The notes beneath the pieces are model-generated. The model made no database searches and was not told the origin of the DNA. It saw only the letters and a program-made list of their open reading frames with translations. Source: a virus (taxonomy: Duplodnaviria; Caudoviricetes). From it: a stretch of 24,129 nucleotides of DNA. A program made the position numbers and the translations under genes. Positions 6,589 to 14,667 of the stretch are shown here, one piece after another (within the stretch, counting starts at the first letter, position 1; the number at the start of each line of letters is the position of its first letter). The stretch lies in the IMG/VR virus record IMGVR_UViG_3300017722_002106, positions 1-24,129 of that record, one strand, 5' to 3'.

Positions 6589-7998
6589 ATGAAAAAAATT
6601 GAGACCGTCGAAACTTCTTTCGGGAGATTCGATTGCGAGGTAATCGAACTTGACGCCTTACACCCGTTCGACAAGAAACAGTTCGGCACCCGAGTAACCG
6701 AGGACCACTACGACCGTATTGTTGATAACAACGTCGTGATTTACGTTGGGAACCAGCGGGCAGGAGTTTTTCTCAAGAAGGCACTTCCCTCGATTCTTTC
6801 GATCAAACCGAACTCAGATAGCTACGACTACTGGAAGTGGGTTTCTCGCGACCTCTTCTCCTCTCAGCGCGGGTCTGTAACCGGGATTGAGTTCACCACC
6901 GAACTCGGTCGTCGTTATTCGCGTGGACAAGTCGAGTTTTTCAAGCAAGTTGCGAAAGGCAAGGTAACAAACCTTGAAGAGGCCCGAGCAGTACTTGATT
7001 CGGACACTCGCCCGAGTAACTCTTTCTTCTATCTTAACTTGCTGGAGAAATCGCCCTACATCGACTCGGAGGCCATAGAACCCCTTCAGACCAAACTTCG
7101 CAAGAAATCCACCCCCGTGGAAGAGAAAAAAGTGCTCCAGCAGCAACTGGATGCCGAACGACTAAAATGGTTTGAGCGTTGGTTAAAACTCTGGGGTCAA
7201 GCGGAGGATAAAAAACTGTTTGCGGCCGAGGCCAACAAACTGTACACGAGCCCTCAAAAGTATGCTAACAACGTCTACAGCAACGTTCTCGGCGTACTTG
7301 ATCGCTCGGCACGAGTGCCTTACGGGAGGCTTACAGCCACAACTGCGAAAAAGGTTGAGCAATTCAAAGCTCACGCCCCATTGTACAAAGAGGTTAGCAC
7401 CCTTTACCGTGAAACGATGCCTTACGAATGGCAATACATCAACGAAATCATGGCGGGGTGTAAAAGCCCCGAGTACACTCTAATGGGCACAGAAACGTTC
7501 TCTACAATCACGGTGAACTACAACTGGCCAACTTTTTTACACGTTGACGGTAATAATAACGAGCGGGGGGTCGCAGTTCTCACGGCGATTACAAACGAAT
7601 CTTACGACGGCGAAAAGTTCGACGGCTCTTTATTTGTGATGCCCCCCCTGAGGCTCGCCTTCGATTTGCGCCATGGTGACTACCTGGTTGCGGACAACTG
7701 CAGTTTGGCTCACGGGCAGACAGAGCAGATTAACAAGACCGAAGATGCGGATAACATCGTTCTGGTGTTTTATGCCCGCGACGGGATGACAAAACTCGAC
7801 ACCCTTGGGTGCGAGACTTGTCGCCGCGACTTCATGATTTACGCAAAAGCAAACTTTGCGGACACCTACAAAAAGACCCAGGGTGGTAACTTTGGGGGGA
7901 CTTGGCAGGGTCAGTGGGTTTCAAGAGAGTGGGACGAATACCGCGCTCTGAACTGCCCCGGAGCGTCTCGCACTAATTACCACTACACGGAGTGCTAA
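6589..7998 (+). CDS. TET/JBP-family 2-oxoglutarate/Fe(II) dioxygenase (DNA base hydroxylase)
   Basis: FSTITVNYN...HVDGNN (HxD), GSLFVMP...AFDLRHGDYLVAD...HG (distal His) and VFYAR (2OG-binding Arg); PYGRLT upstream. Start could be 6562, 6574 or 6589. Confidence 0.85.
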   Translation: MKKIETVETSFGRFDCEVIELDALHPFDKKQFGTRVTEDHYDRIVDNNVVIYVGNQRAGVFLKKALPSILSIKPNSDSYDYWKWVSRDLFSSQRGSVTGIEFTTELGRRYSRGQVEFFKQVAKGKVTNLEEARAVLDSDTRPSNSFFYLNLLEKSPYIDSEAIEPLQTKLRKKSTPVEEKKVLQQQLDAERLKWFERWLKLWGQAEDKKLFAAEANKLYTSPQKYANNVYSNVLGVLDRSARVPYGRLTATTAKKVEQFKAHAPLYKEVSTLYRETMPYEWQYINEIMAGCKSPEYTLMGTETFSTITVNYNWPTFLHVDGNNNERGVAVLTAITNESYDGEKFDGSLFVMPPLRLAFDLRHGDYLVADNCSLAHGQTEQINKTEDADNIVLVFYARDGMTKLDTLGCETCRRDFMIYAKANFADTYKKTQGGNFGGTWQGQWVSREWDEYRALNCPGASRTNYHYTEC

Positions 7999-8054
7999 AC
8001 GTTTACTGCGACGGTGGCTTGCTATGTTGAACTTGATTAACAGATAAAATTTCA

Positions 8055-9056
8055 ATGTTAGAAGATTACCGTCCCCGGGAAAACCGAAAAAAATACTTTC
8101 AAACACTCTATGAAATAAACCTAAGGTACCGGTGTCACCCTGGCCTTGTATACCTCTACATCCCGGAACTCCGAAAAAAGTTCGGGTGGGACGTCGACCA
8201 GACTCTCTGGTTCTCAACCATCAACGGTCACACGCAAAACCCCCTGACGTCTTTAAGGATCTTCAATAAATCTCCGGAGATACCTGCAAACGAGCCCCAA
8301 TGGAAAAAACTCGAAGACTGGTTTAACGAAGACTGGACTAATCTCTCCTTTGACACAGACCGTCTAAAACAAAAGAAAGATACCCTAGACGGGTTAAAAT
8401 CTTATGCTGCTCTCGTGGGTTCCCGGTCTCAGGAAAGTCTCTGGGCAGGGAAAACATACTCTGAGTGCTGGGACACCGCGACCCGAATCCGGAGTTTCGG
8501 GCGCCTATCGTCTTTTTCCTATCTCGAGTACGTCCGGATTGCCGGCTGCGCCCCCGATTGCGAAGACCTGATGTTCCGGGATTTTAAGGGGTCGCGCTCC
8601 CATCGAAACGGAATGTTCTTTCTTCTTGGGGAAGACGAGAATGTTTTCGACAAAAGACAACCCAACGACCACACGGGAAAGTACGAAAACTTCAGAGAGG
8701 TTTGTAAAGTTCTGGAGGAAAAAGCAACCACCTTTCTAGAAGAGTTCAAAGAGAAAGTGCTCGACCACGAAGATGTCGGACGATTCACACTGGAGTCTTG
8801 CCTGTGCCAGTTCAAGAACGGCTTCTTCAAGAGGCGTTACCCCGGAGTTTATTCCGACATGGGTTGGGATAGAATTAAGTGGTACGAGCAGCGCGGGTTC
8901 CGGGATCTCACGCAACCCTTTAGAGAAATACGCGCAGATCACTTGCCAAAGTGGCTTCGTGAAGAATGCGAAAACACGGTAACTGCCCGGAAGACAAAAG
9001 CAGCGATGTTCCAGGAAACTGGGCTGCCCTTCAGAGCCGAGTTCCTCGGCCTTTAA
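8055..9056 (+). CDS. aGPT-Pplase clade 2 / amino acid:DNA transferase-like protein (HhH-glycosylase-like fold)
   Basis: FDTDR, FGRLSSFSYLE, GSRSHRNG, TLESCLCQFK and RRYPGVYSD motifs; lies between the oxygenase and the kinase. Confidence 0.75.
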   Translation: MLEDYRPRENRKKYFQTLYEINLRYRCHPGLVYLYIPELRKKFGWDVDQTLWFSTINGHTQNPLTSLRIFNKSPEIPANEPQWKKLEDWFNEDWTNLSFDTDRLKQKKDTLDGLKSYAALVGSRSQESLWAGKTYSECWDTATRIRSFGRLSSFSYLEYVRIAGCAPDCEDLMFRDFKGSRSHRNGMFFLLGEDENVFDKRQPNDHTGKYENFREVCKVLEEKATTFLEEFKEKVLDHEDVGRFTLESCLCQFKNGFFKRRYPGVYSDMGWDRIKWYEQRGFRDLTQPFREIRADHLPKWLREECENTVTARKTKAAMFQETGLPFRAEFLGL

Positions 9057-9073
9057 CCCTAACTAAAAAACAA

Positions 9074-9583
9074 ATGAAAATCAAGTATTACATCGGGCGC
9101 CCTGGCGTCGGCAAAAGCACTCTGATGCGTGGACTAATGAGCAAACTCGGTGAGTCCGAGCTTGTGAAAGAAGGCCTAGTCGTTTACCATAAGTTTGAGA
9201 AAAATAAGACTATCGTGTTAGGCATCTACGACGATCACGTGTTTAGCGGCACCGACCGTTGGAGCAAGGGGGTTGGCCCCAAATTTCGCGAGTGGTTGGT
9301 TTCTATGTCTCAAACTCACCCCGACTGGACTGTCCTTGGAGAGGGAGAACGTCTCAGCAACAATCCCAGCCTCGGCGCCATGTTTGAACACGGGGATATG
9401 GAGCTGTTTCTAGTCACAGTTGACCCCGAGGAGCTGGCTAGGCGTCACGCTGCCCGAGGTGAAGCGCAAAGTGAGTCCTGGCAGAAGGGAATGGCAACCC
9501 GTATTTCAAACTTGTGTAAGAAGTACAAGCACTCCGTTGTATTTAACATGGGGAAGGCCGATTTGGCCACCCCGGCTGCTTAA
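9074..9583 (+). CDS. P-loop nucleotide/DNA kinase associated with base modification
   Basis: Walker A GRPGVGKST, LGIY...GTDRWS, GEGERL and a lid-like RRHAARG; start revised to ATG 9074. Confidence 0.8.
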   Translation: MKIKYYIGRPGVGKSTLMRGLMSKLGESELVKEGLVVYHKFEKNKTIVLGIYDDHVFSGTDRWSKGVGPKFREWLVSMSQTHPDWTVLGEGERLSNNPSLGAMFEHGDMELFLVTVDPEELARRHAARGEAQSESWQKGMATRISNLCKKYKHSVVFNMGKADLATPAA

Positions 9584-9584
9584 G

Positions 9585-9615
9585 GGCTTACTTTCAACCC
9601 TACCGCTACACTTTA
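9585..9615 (+). promoter_or_regulatory. Promoter-like element upstream of the nuclease candidate
   Basis: GCTACACTTTA (9605-9615) is identical to 6527-6537 and lies 20 nt before ATG 9636. Confidence 0.5.
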
Positions 9616-9635
9616 ACCATAAATCAACTGTAACT

Positions 9636-10394
9636 ATGTTCTGCACTGACGGGTCCCCCCATTACACGGGAGTAATGAACGAGGAAAAGACAATAGAAGT
9701 CATGAAAAAGTTGGGCTTGTTAAGCGACGAGACAGAACGATTAGGGGGACCTCGCAATAAAGCAGACTGGAAAGACGGGGATAAGTTTTACAGCGGAAAA
9801 CATAAAAAGCACCTAAGACGTGGGTCTTTTGACTGGGTTAATACAACACGACTTGACGATCTATGGTCCCCCGAGGTTGATTATTTTCTGGAGAGGGTCG
9901 GGGGATGGGCTAAATTGCCCACTCAGATAAAGTCTAGCCCGAACTTCCTAAAACAAGTTAGAGAGGACTTTTCGAAAACTTCTAGCTGTCTTCTCGACAA
10001 CTGCTCCCCCGAAACTTTGAAAGCGTTTCTCTTAAAAAATCTAGTTGAACCCAACAAGAACATTCAATGCGTTGTCACTGAGTCTAGCTCAAGGCGCATA
10101 TTCATTTTTCCCGCTTGCGACCACCCGGCTGTGAAACTAATGGAGGCGGGGTACGAACCCTCCCTATCCGGAGCCGCTTCGGGGTCTCGCAAGATACTGT
10201 TCGTCAAAAATGAAACGACGGCGGAGGAAGGTCTTCGGCTAAGGATCGCTTGTAACAACGGTGTACGGGCTTTTCTGGGGTTAACCGCGGATCAGCACGG
10301 TCGTACGAAAAAAAGCTACATCGTCGCAAAACTACAGCAGGACGGAGTTCTACAAATGGTTGAAAAAAGTTTTGCCAAAGTGTACAGCTACTGA
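9636..10394 (+). CDS. Hypothetical basic protein, candidate PD-(D/E)xK-type endonuclease
   Basis: G..NE helix, then GG.RNKAD and FYSGK, spaced like the E...D...(S)xK sites of restriction-fold nucleases. The ORF is solid; the function is tentative. Confidence 0.5.
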   Translation: MFCTDGSPHYTGVMNEEKTIEVMKKLGLLSDETERLGGPRNKADWKDGDKFYSGKHKKHLRRGSFDWVNTTRLDDLWSPEVDYFLERVGGWAKLPTQIKSSPNFLKQVREDFSKTSSCLLDNCSPETLKAFLLKNLVEPNKNIQCVVTESSSRRIFIFPACDHPAVKLMEAGYEPSLSGAASGSRKILFVKNETTAEEGLRLRIACNNGVRAFLGLTADQHGRTKKSYIVAKLQQDGVLQMVEKSFAKVYSY

Positions 10395-10405
10395 GTTTTA
10401 GGGGT

Positions 10406-10462
10406 TTACCCGCCCTATGTGGGGCGGTTTGCCCCGGTTTCCCGGGAATCCGGCCACCCTAA
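10406..10462 (+). promoter_or_regulatory. Structured intergenic region (hairpin, palindrome, -10-like box)
   Basis: CCGCCC-tatgtg-GGGCGG followed by TTT; near-perfect palindrome CCGGTTTCCC/GGGAATCCGG at 10434-10453; TAAACT before ATG 10472. Confidence 0.55.
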
Positions 10463-10471
10463 ACTAACTTC

Positions 10472-12484
10472 ATGACAGAAAAACTCACTAAGACCAACCT
10501 TGCCTCACAGATGAAAGAGGACTACCTTGCGTACAGCATGGCAGTTCTCGTGGGCAGGGCTATCCCCGACCTTTACGACGGCATGAAGCCAGCGCAGCGT
10601 CGGGTGCTTCAAACCATGCTGGAAGAAAACCTTCTTCCCGAGAAACGCTACGTAAAGTGTGCTCGGGTGACGGGTTTAACGATGGCCTATTACCACCCGC
10701 ACGGCGGATGCTACGGCACTCTCGTAAACCTTGCAACCCCCTGGAATAACAACGTTCCGTGGATTGACGGTCACGGTAACTTCGGCAGCACCGTTGACGG
10801 ACCGGCTGCAGAACGATACACGGAGTGCAAACTTCGACCCTCCGCTGTAGAACTCCTTCTTAGAGACCGTGAGACATGGGAAACGCGGGACAACTACGAC
10901 GGGTCGAAGCAAGAAGCCATCCGGTTTAACGTTGCGGTACCCTCTGTTCTGTTGAACGGGGATATGGGAATTGCGGTCGGGTTCGCAACCAAACTTGCCC
11001 CCCACTCTCTGCGCTCAATTGTTGCCGCTACAAAACTCGCTTGCAAGCTGGGAATGTCGGCTAAAGAGCGCGAAAACAGCTTAGCAAAAGCACGGGATGT
11101 ACTCATTCCGGATTTTCCGACCGGGTGTGAGATTGTCAACGATGAACAGCTTACTGCCTATACTCAGACTGGTAGCGGGGGTATCCGCTGCCGTGCAAGG
11201 GTTGAATCGGGCCTTCAGAGGCGAGACGGTCGGGCCAAGGACCGTGCGACGGTTTCGTTCACTAACTTACCACCGGGGGTCAACCCTGAGAAACTGGGCG
11301 AACAAATCAAGACCGAGCTCGAAAAAGGTCGCATCGACGGCATCGCAGAAATCCTAGATGAGTCGGATCTCTCCGGAGATCGTCTTACAGTTGTTGCGAA
11401 GCCCGGTGTCGGGGCAGAACTGCTTACTCAGCAACTTTACGCCTACACCGACCTTGACACTCGTTATTCGGCAAAGACGCTGGTTATTGACGGTCTCAAA
11501 CCCGTCGAGCTCAGTCCAGTTGAAATTTGTCAGAAATGGTTTTTGTGGAGAATGAACTGCTTGGAGCGAAAGTTCCAGCACCGACTAACCCTCGCAGAGA
11601 GCCGTCTACACCTCGTTCTTGGCTTGCTAAAGGCCATCGACGCGATGGACGCGATTATCAAAAAAATTCGCGCTTCCTCTAACAAAACCGAGGCACTAAT
11701 CTCTCTAATGAGTGCCCCGTTTAAGTTCTCCCGAGAACAGGCGGAAGCAATCCTGGAGATGCGACTGCGTCAACTTACGAACCTAGACACCGGTGAGCTT
11801 GTGTCTGAGAATACCTCGCTCGACGAGGAGATTTCAAACCTAGGGGAGCTAATCAGCGAACCGGCGAAGCGAGCCGCCCACTTGTTCGAGCAGCTGGATG
11901 AAATCGGTAAGCGCCACGGAGAGGCCCCCAGAAGCCGCCTCGTTGAGCCCCCCGCTGCCCCCGTGGGCACCGGTGCCCGCTCTGGCGAGACGAGGACTCC
12001 AGCTCCCCCTAAGCCCCGATTCTTGAAAATTGACCTTAAGAAGGGAGTGGTTGAGCAGGTCAAAGGACCGCGAGGTGCAATGATCGTCGACGCCAAAGAG
12101 AAAGTGATCTTCCTGACAAAGGACGGCATCTTGAAAAAAGTTTCGGCAACTTTCAAAGGAACTCTCGGGACCGGCTACAGCGAAGTTGTGTTGGCAAAGA
12201 GAGAGACGGAAGTTTCTCAGCGAAACTACCTATTGGTGTTTTCGCTTGAGGGGCAACTCAAGGCGATGACCCTTAGGGGAGAAGATCTATGCAAGACAAC
12301 AAGCAAAGGCAAGTGGTTCCTTCCTAACATGGCTCAGCTGATTCACTTTGGGGAAACTTCCTTCGTTGTTCCCTGGATTTCAACTCGCAAGAAAAAAGTA
12401 GAGTTGTTCCCAATCGAGGTTAAACAAGGTCGCCCCGGTGGCAAAGGCGTAAAAGTAGCGGATCTCACTGAGGTAAAACTGTGA
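10472..12484 (+). CDS. gyrA: Type IIA topoisomerase subunit A (GyrA/ParC family)
   Basis: YLAYSM...RAIPD..DGMKPAQRR, YHPHG, GNFGS, AAERYTE (catalytic Tyr), GIAVG, PDFPTG and QAEAILEMRLRQLT; short C-terminal domain. Gyrase versus topo IV cannot be resolved by eye. Confidence 0.93.
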   Translation: MTEKLTKTNLASQMKEDYLAYSMAVLVGRAIPDLYDGMKPAQRRVLQTMLEENLLPEKRYVKCARVTGLTMAYYHPHGGCYGTLVNLATPWNNNVPWIDGHGNFGSTVDGPAAERYTECKLRPSAVELLLRDRETWETRDNYDGSKQEAIRFNVAVPSVLLNGDMGIAVGFATKLAPHSLRSIVAATKLACKLGMSAKERENSLAKARDVLIPDFPTGCEIVNDEQLTAYTQTGSGGIRCRARVESGLQRRDGRAKDRATVSFTNLPPGVNPEKLGEQIKTELEKGRIDGIAEILDESDLSGDRLTVVAKPGVGAELLTQQLYAYTDLDTRYSAKTLVIDGLKPVELSPVEICQKWFLWRMNCLERKFQHRLTLAESRLHLVLGLLKAIDAMDAIIKKIRASSNKTEALISLMSAPFKFSREQAEAILEMRLRQLTNLDTGELVSENTSLDEEISNLGELISEPAKRAAHLFEQLDEIGKRHGEAPRSRLVEPPAAPVGTGARSGETRTPAPPKPRFLKIDLKKGVVEQVKGPRGAMIVDAKEKVIFLTKDGILKKVSATFKGTLGTGYSEVVLAKRETEVSQRNYLLVFSLEGQLKAMTLRGEDLCKTTSKGKWFLPNMAQLIHFGETSFVVPWISTRKKKVELFPIEVKQGRPGGKGVKVADLTEVKL

Positions 12485-12487
12485 GCC

Positions 12488-12495
12488 GGGTAAAA
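12488..12495 (+). promoter_or_regulatory. GGGTAAAA motif (putative late promoter), copy 1
   Basis: The exact 8-mer occurs at five gene boundaries. Confidence 0.6.
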
Positions 12496-12530
12496 CCTGA
12501 GCATGCGTTTACTCGATCGCGGGTGGCGCT

Positions 12531-13109
12531 ATGTTGGACCGGTGGAACAGAGCTATGAACGAAGAACAGCTAATTTACCCGGTGAACCGCCTCTTGGCCA
12601 ACCCTCGGGTGTTCAACGCGATCGCAAACTTTCTAGACGGCCCCTCCGCTGAAGTAATTCGAGAAGCCTTTTACGAACTGCTCGAGTACTCTTTTGACGA
12701 GTTCGAAGACGCCGACGAGTGCGAGTTTGACGCGGAGGAAGTGTGCTTCAAGTCTACAAACGGGGGTGAGCAATTTGACATTGTCCTCGACTCAGGGTTA
12801 GCTTCGACTCTTCAAGCTGTTGAAGGTGAGACCCGAGCTTTTATTACCAACGATAATGAAATGGCGGCCACATCCGCCATCTACAAGCGCCTAGTAACAG
12901 CAATCGAGGAGGCGCACCCAGAACTCGCCGGTAACATTGCTCTATGCTCTCCCCCGACTCCGGGTAACTCCTACCTGCGGTCTGCCGACGGGGAATACTT
13001 TCAGGGCAGCTTCCACTTGCTAACGGATCCTGACACGGTATTCGCTTTTAACGTTGACATCGTAGACGTTCCAACTGACAAACTGATCGCCACTATTCAA
13101 CAGATGTGA
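12531..13109 (+). CDS. Hypothetical acidic protein
   Basis: 192-aa ORF; an alternative start gives MNEEQLIYP. Confidence 0.8.
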   Translation: MLDRWNRAMNEEQLIYPVNRLLANPRVFNAIANFLDGPSAEVIREAFYELLEYSFDEFEDADECEFDAEEVCFKSTNGGEQFDIVLDSGLASTLQAVEGETRAFITNDNEMAATSAIYKRLVTAIEEAHPELAGNIALCSPPTPGNSYLRSADGEYFQGSFHLLTDPDTVFAFNVDIVDVPTDKLIATIQQM

Positions 13110-13123
13110 GGGAAACACCCCCT

Positions 13124-13927
13124 ATGATGGACAATCTGGTTTTTGCAACCAACAGCATGCGTTCTTCGGTTTCTTCCCTTAAGAAGAAGCTCTCGAACCT
13201 AAAAATTCAGGTCGAGATGTTTGACGCAGAGATAGAAAAAATCGAGACCAAGTTTGACAAAGTTATCACGGAGTCGGAGATCTACAAAGCTAAACTCGGC
13301 CGAGAAATGACTCGCGAGGTTAGGCGGCTAGAACTTGAACTAACTCGCCTACGAAAAGCCACCGCAGTCTCGGGCCAAGAGGACAAACCGGTGATAACCA
13401 ACGAGGAACTCCATATTGCGAAGACAATATGCATTCTGGAAGCGGTACTCAGGCCCATGTGTGAGGGAGCCGACGACTTCCGTCTGATTACGCAGGCTTT
13501 CTTGTTCCCCGCCGTTGTTGAGCGTATCGTAGAAGGTTCGGAAGAAGCTTACTTCATGGAGGAAGTTCCTGCCTCGGCTTCTTTGGTTGTTAAGCGCGGA
13601 AAAGAGTATGTGGGATGGCTTCGGGAAACCTACGACACCCACCTTACCGACCTTGACACCTGGGAAAAAGCCTCGGGATTGGTTTGCGATTGGTGGAAAA
13701 ACGATGCGTTGCCTTTGCTCTACGGGTCTAGAGACGAACAGTGGGACCTAGATATTCCTCTAACCCTCCAGGAAATGTTGATCTGGAGGGATAGTCCCGC
13801 CGATCGCCCCCTTCATTTCTCCGCAGCCTTTGATGCCTACGACATTTATCGACGCAACAAAGACGAAGTGTACGAGGTTACGGGAACTCGCGACTTTGAG
13901 CTTAAAACCTTTTCCTTCCTACCCTGA
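13124..13927 (+). CDS. Hypothetical protein with an N-terminal coiled coil
   Basis: Heptad-like SVSSLKKKLSNLKIQVEMFDAEIEKIETK; start is GTG 13106 or ATG 13124/13127. Confidence 0.8.
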   Translation: MMDNLVFATNSMRSSVSSLKKKLSNLKIQVEMFDAEIEKIETKFDKVITESEIYKAKLGREMTREVRRLELELTRLRKATAVSGQEDKPVITNEELHIAKTICILEAVLRPMCEGADDFRLITQAFLFPAVVERIVEGSEEAYFMEEVPASASLVVKRGKEYVGWLRETYDTHLTDLDTWEKASGLVCDWWKNDALPLLYGSRDEQWDLDIPLTLQEMLIWRDSPADRPLHFSAAFDAYDIYRRNKDEVYEVTGTRDFELKTFSFLP

Positions 13928-14188
13928 ATGGCACGGGCACTAAACAAGACGGACCACTTGATTGAGAAAGTGGGCGTAGGACTCGTTCAAACGGTTGAAC
14001 GGCACTACCGAAAATACTTGACCTCCCCCAACGAGGCAAACGCAAAACAGTACGTCCTGTGGAGGCTGAGGTTGCACCGACGGCTGAGAAACGATCGTGA
14101 AACTCTGGACGCAATCAATGAGGCAAGAAATCTCGGGCTTTACAATGAAGACCCGGGGGAGTTGTGTTGGGAGTACAATTTTGACTAG
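13928..14188 (+). CDS. Hypothetical protein
   Basis: 86-aa ORF abutting the upstream stop codon. Confidence 0.75.
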   Translation: MARALNKTDHLIEKVGVGLVQTVERHYRKYLTSPNEANAKQYVLWRLRLHRRLRNDRETLDAINEARNLGLYNEDPGELCWEYNFD

Positions 14189-14192
14189 AAAG

Positions 14193-14200
14193 GGGTAAAA
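14193..14200 (+). promoter_or_regulatory. GGGTAAAA motif, copy 2
   Basis: Intergenic, 23 nt before ATG 14224. Confidence 0.6.
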
Positions 14201-14223
14201 GTCACTACGTGTGAAAGAAGTGT

Positions 14224-14607
14224 ATGATCCCCCGTGCCGTGCAAATGGCGAAAGCCGTCACTGACTCCGGACTTTTCTCTTCGGAACAAGGCAACATTCT
14301 TGCCCCTTTCTGCCGGGGGTGGACAAATAATAGCGTAAACTACGTCACATATGGCACCCCCGGGAGTGGCGCACACGACTTACCTGGTTTTTATGCCGGC
14401 GCAGCGTTCCCTGCTCAACCTTCGGTGTACGGGTTCGTTAACGGGCAACCGTACTGGAGATGGTTCCCGGTGAAACCCCGCAACATTTTTCTAACCCCCG
14501 GCTCACTTTCGTACACCTTTATTCCCCAGGTAAGAGGAATTGTTCCTTCTCGGTCCTCTTTCATTTCTCTATCTCCCCCCCTTGACACCCTAACCGAGGT
14601 TGCTTAG
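14224..14607 (+). CDS. Hypothetical G/P/aromatic-rich protein, possibly virion-associated
   Basis: 127-aa ORF directly after a GGGTAAAA motif. Confidence 0.65.
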   Translation: MIPRAVQMAKAVTDSGLFSSEQGNILAPFCRGWTNNSVNYVTYGTPGSGAHDLPGFYAGAAFPAQPSVYGFVNGQPYWRWFPVKPRNIFLTPGSLSYTFIPQVRGIVPSRSSFISLSPPLDTLTEVA

Positions 14608-14667
14608 GGCCACCCGTTTACCTGGACTCATCTCCCACTATACTACAACTAACAAAACCCACCGTCC

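Noticed and set aside
8966-9635. Long N-terminal extensions of the kinase (from 8966) and nuclease candidate (from 9420)
   Set aside because: They overlap upstream genes; ATG 9074 and ATG 9636 follow A-rich leaders and begin at the domain boundaries.
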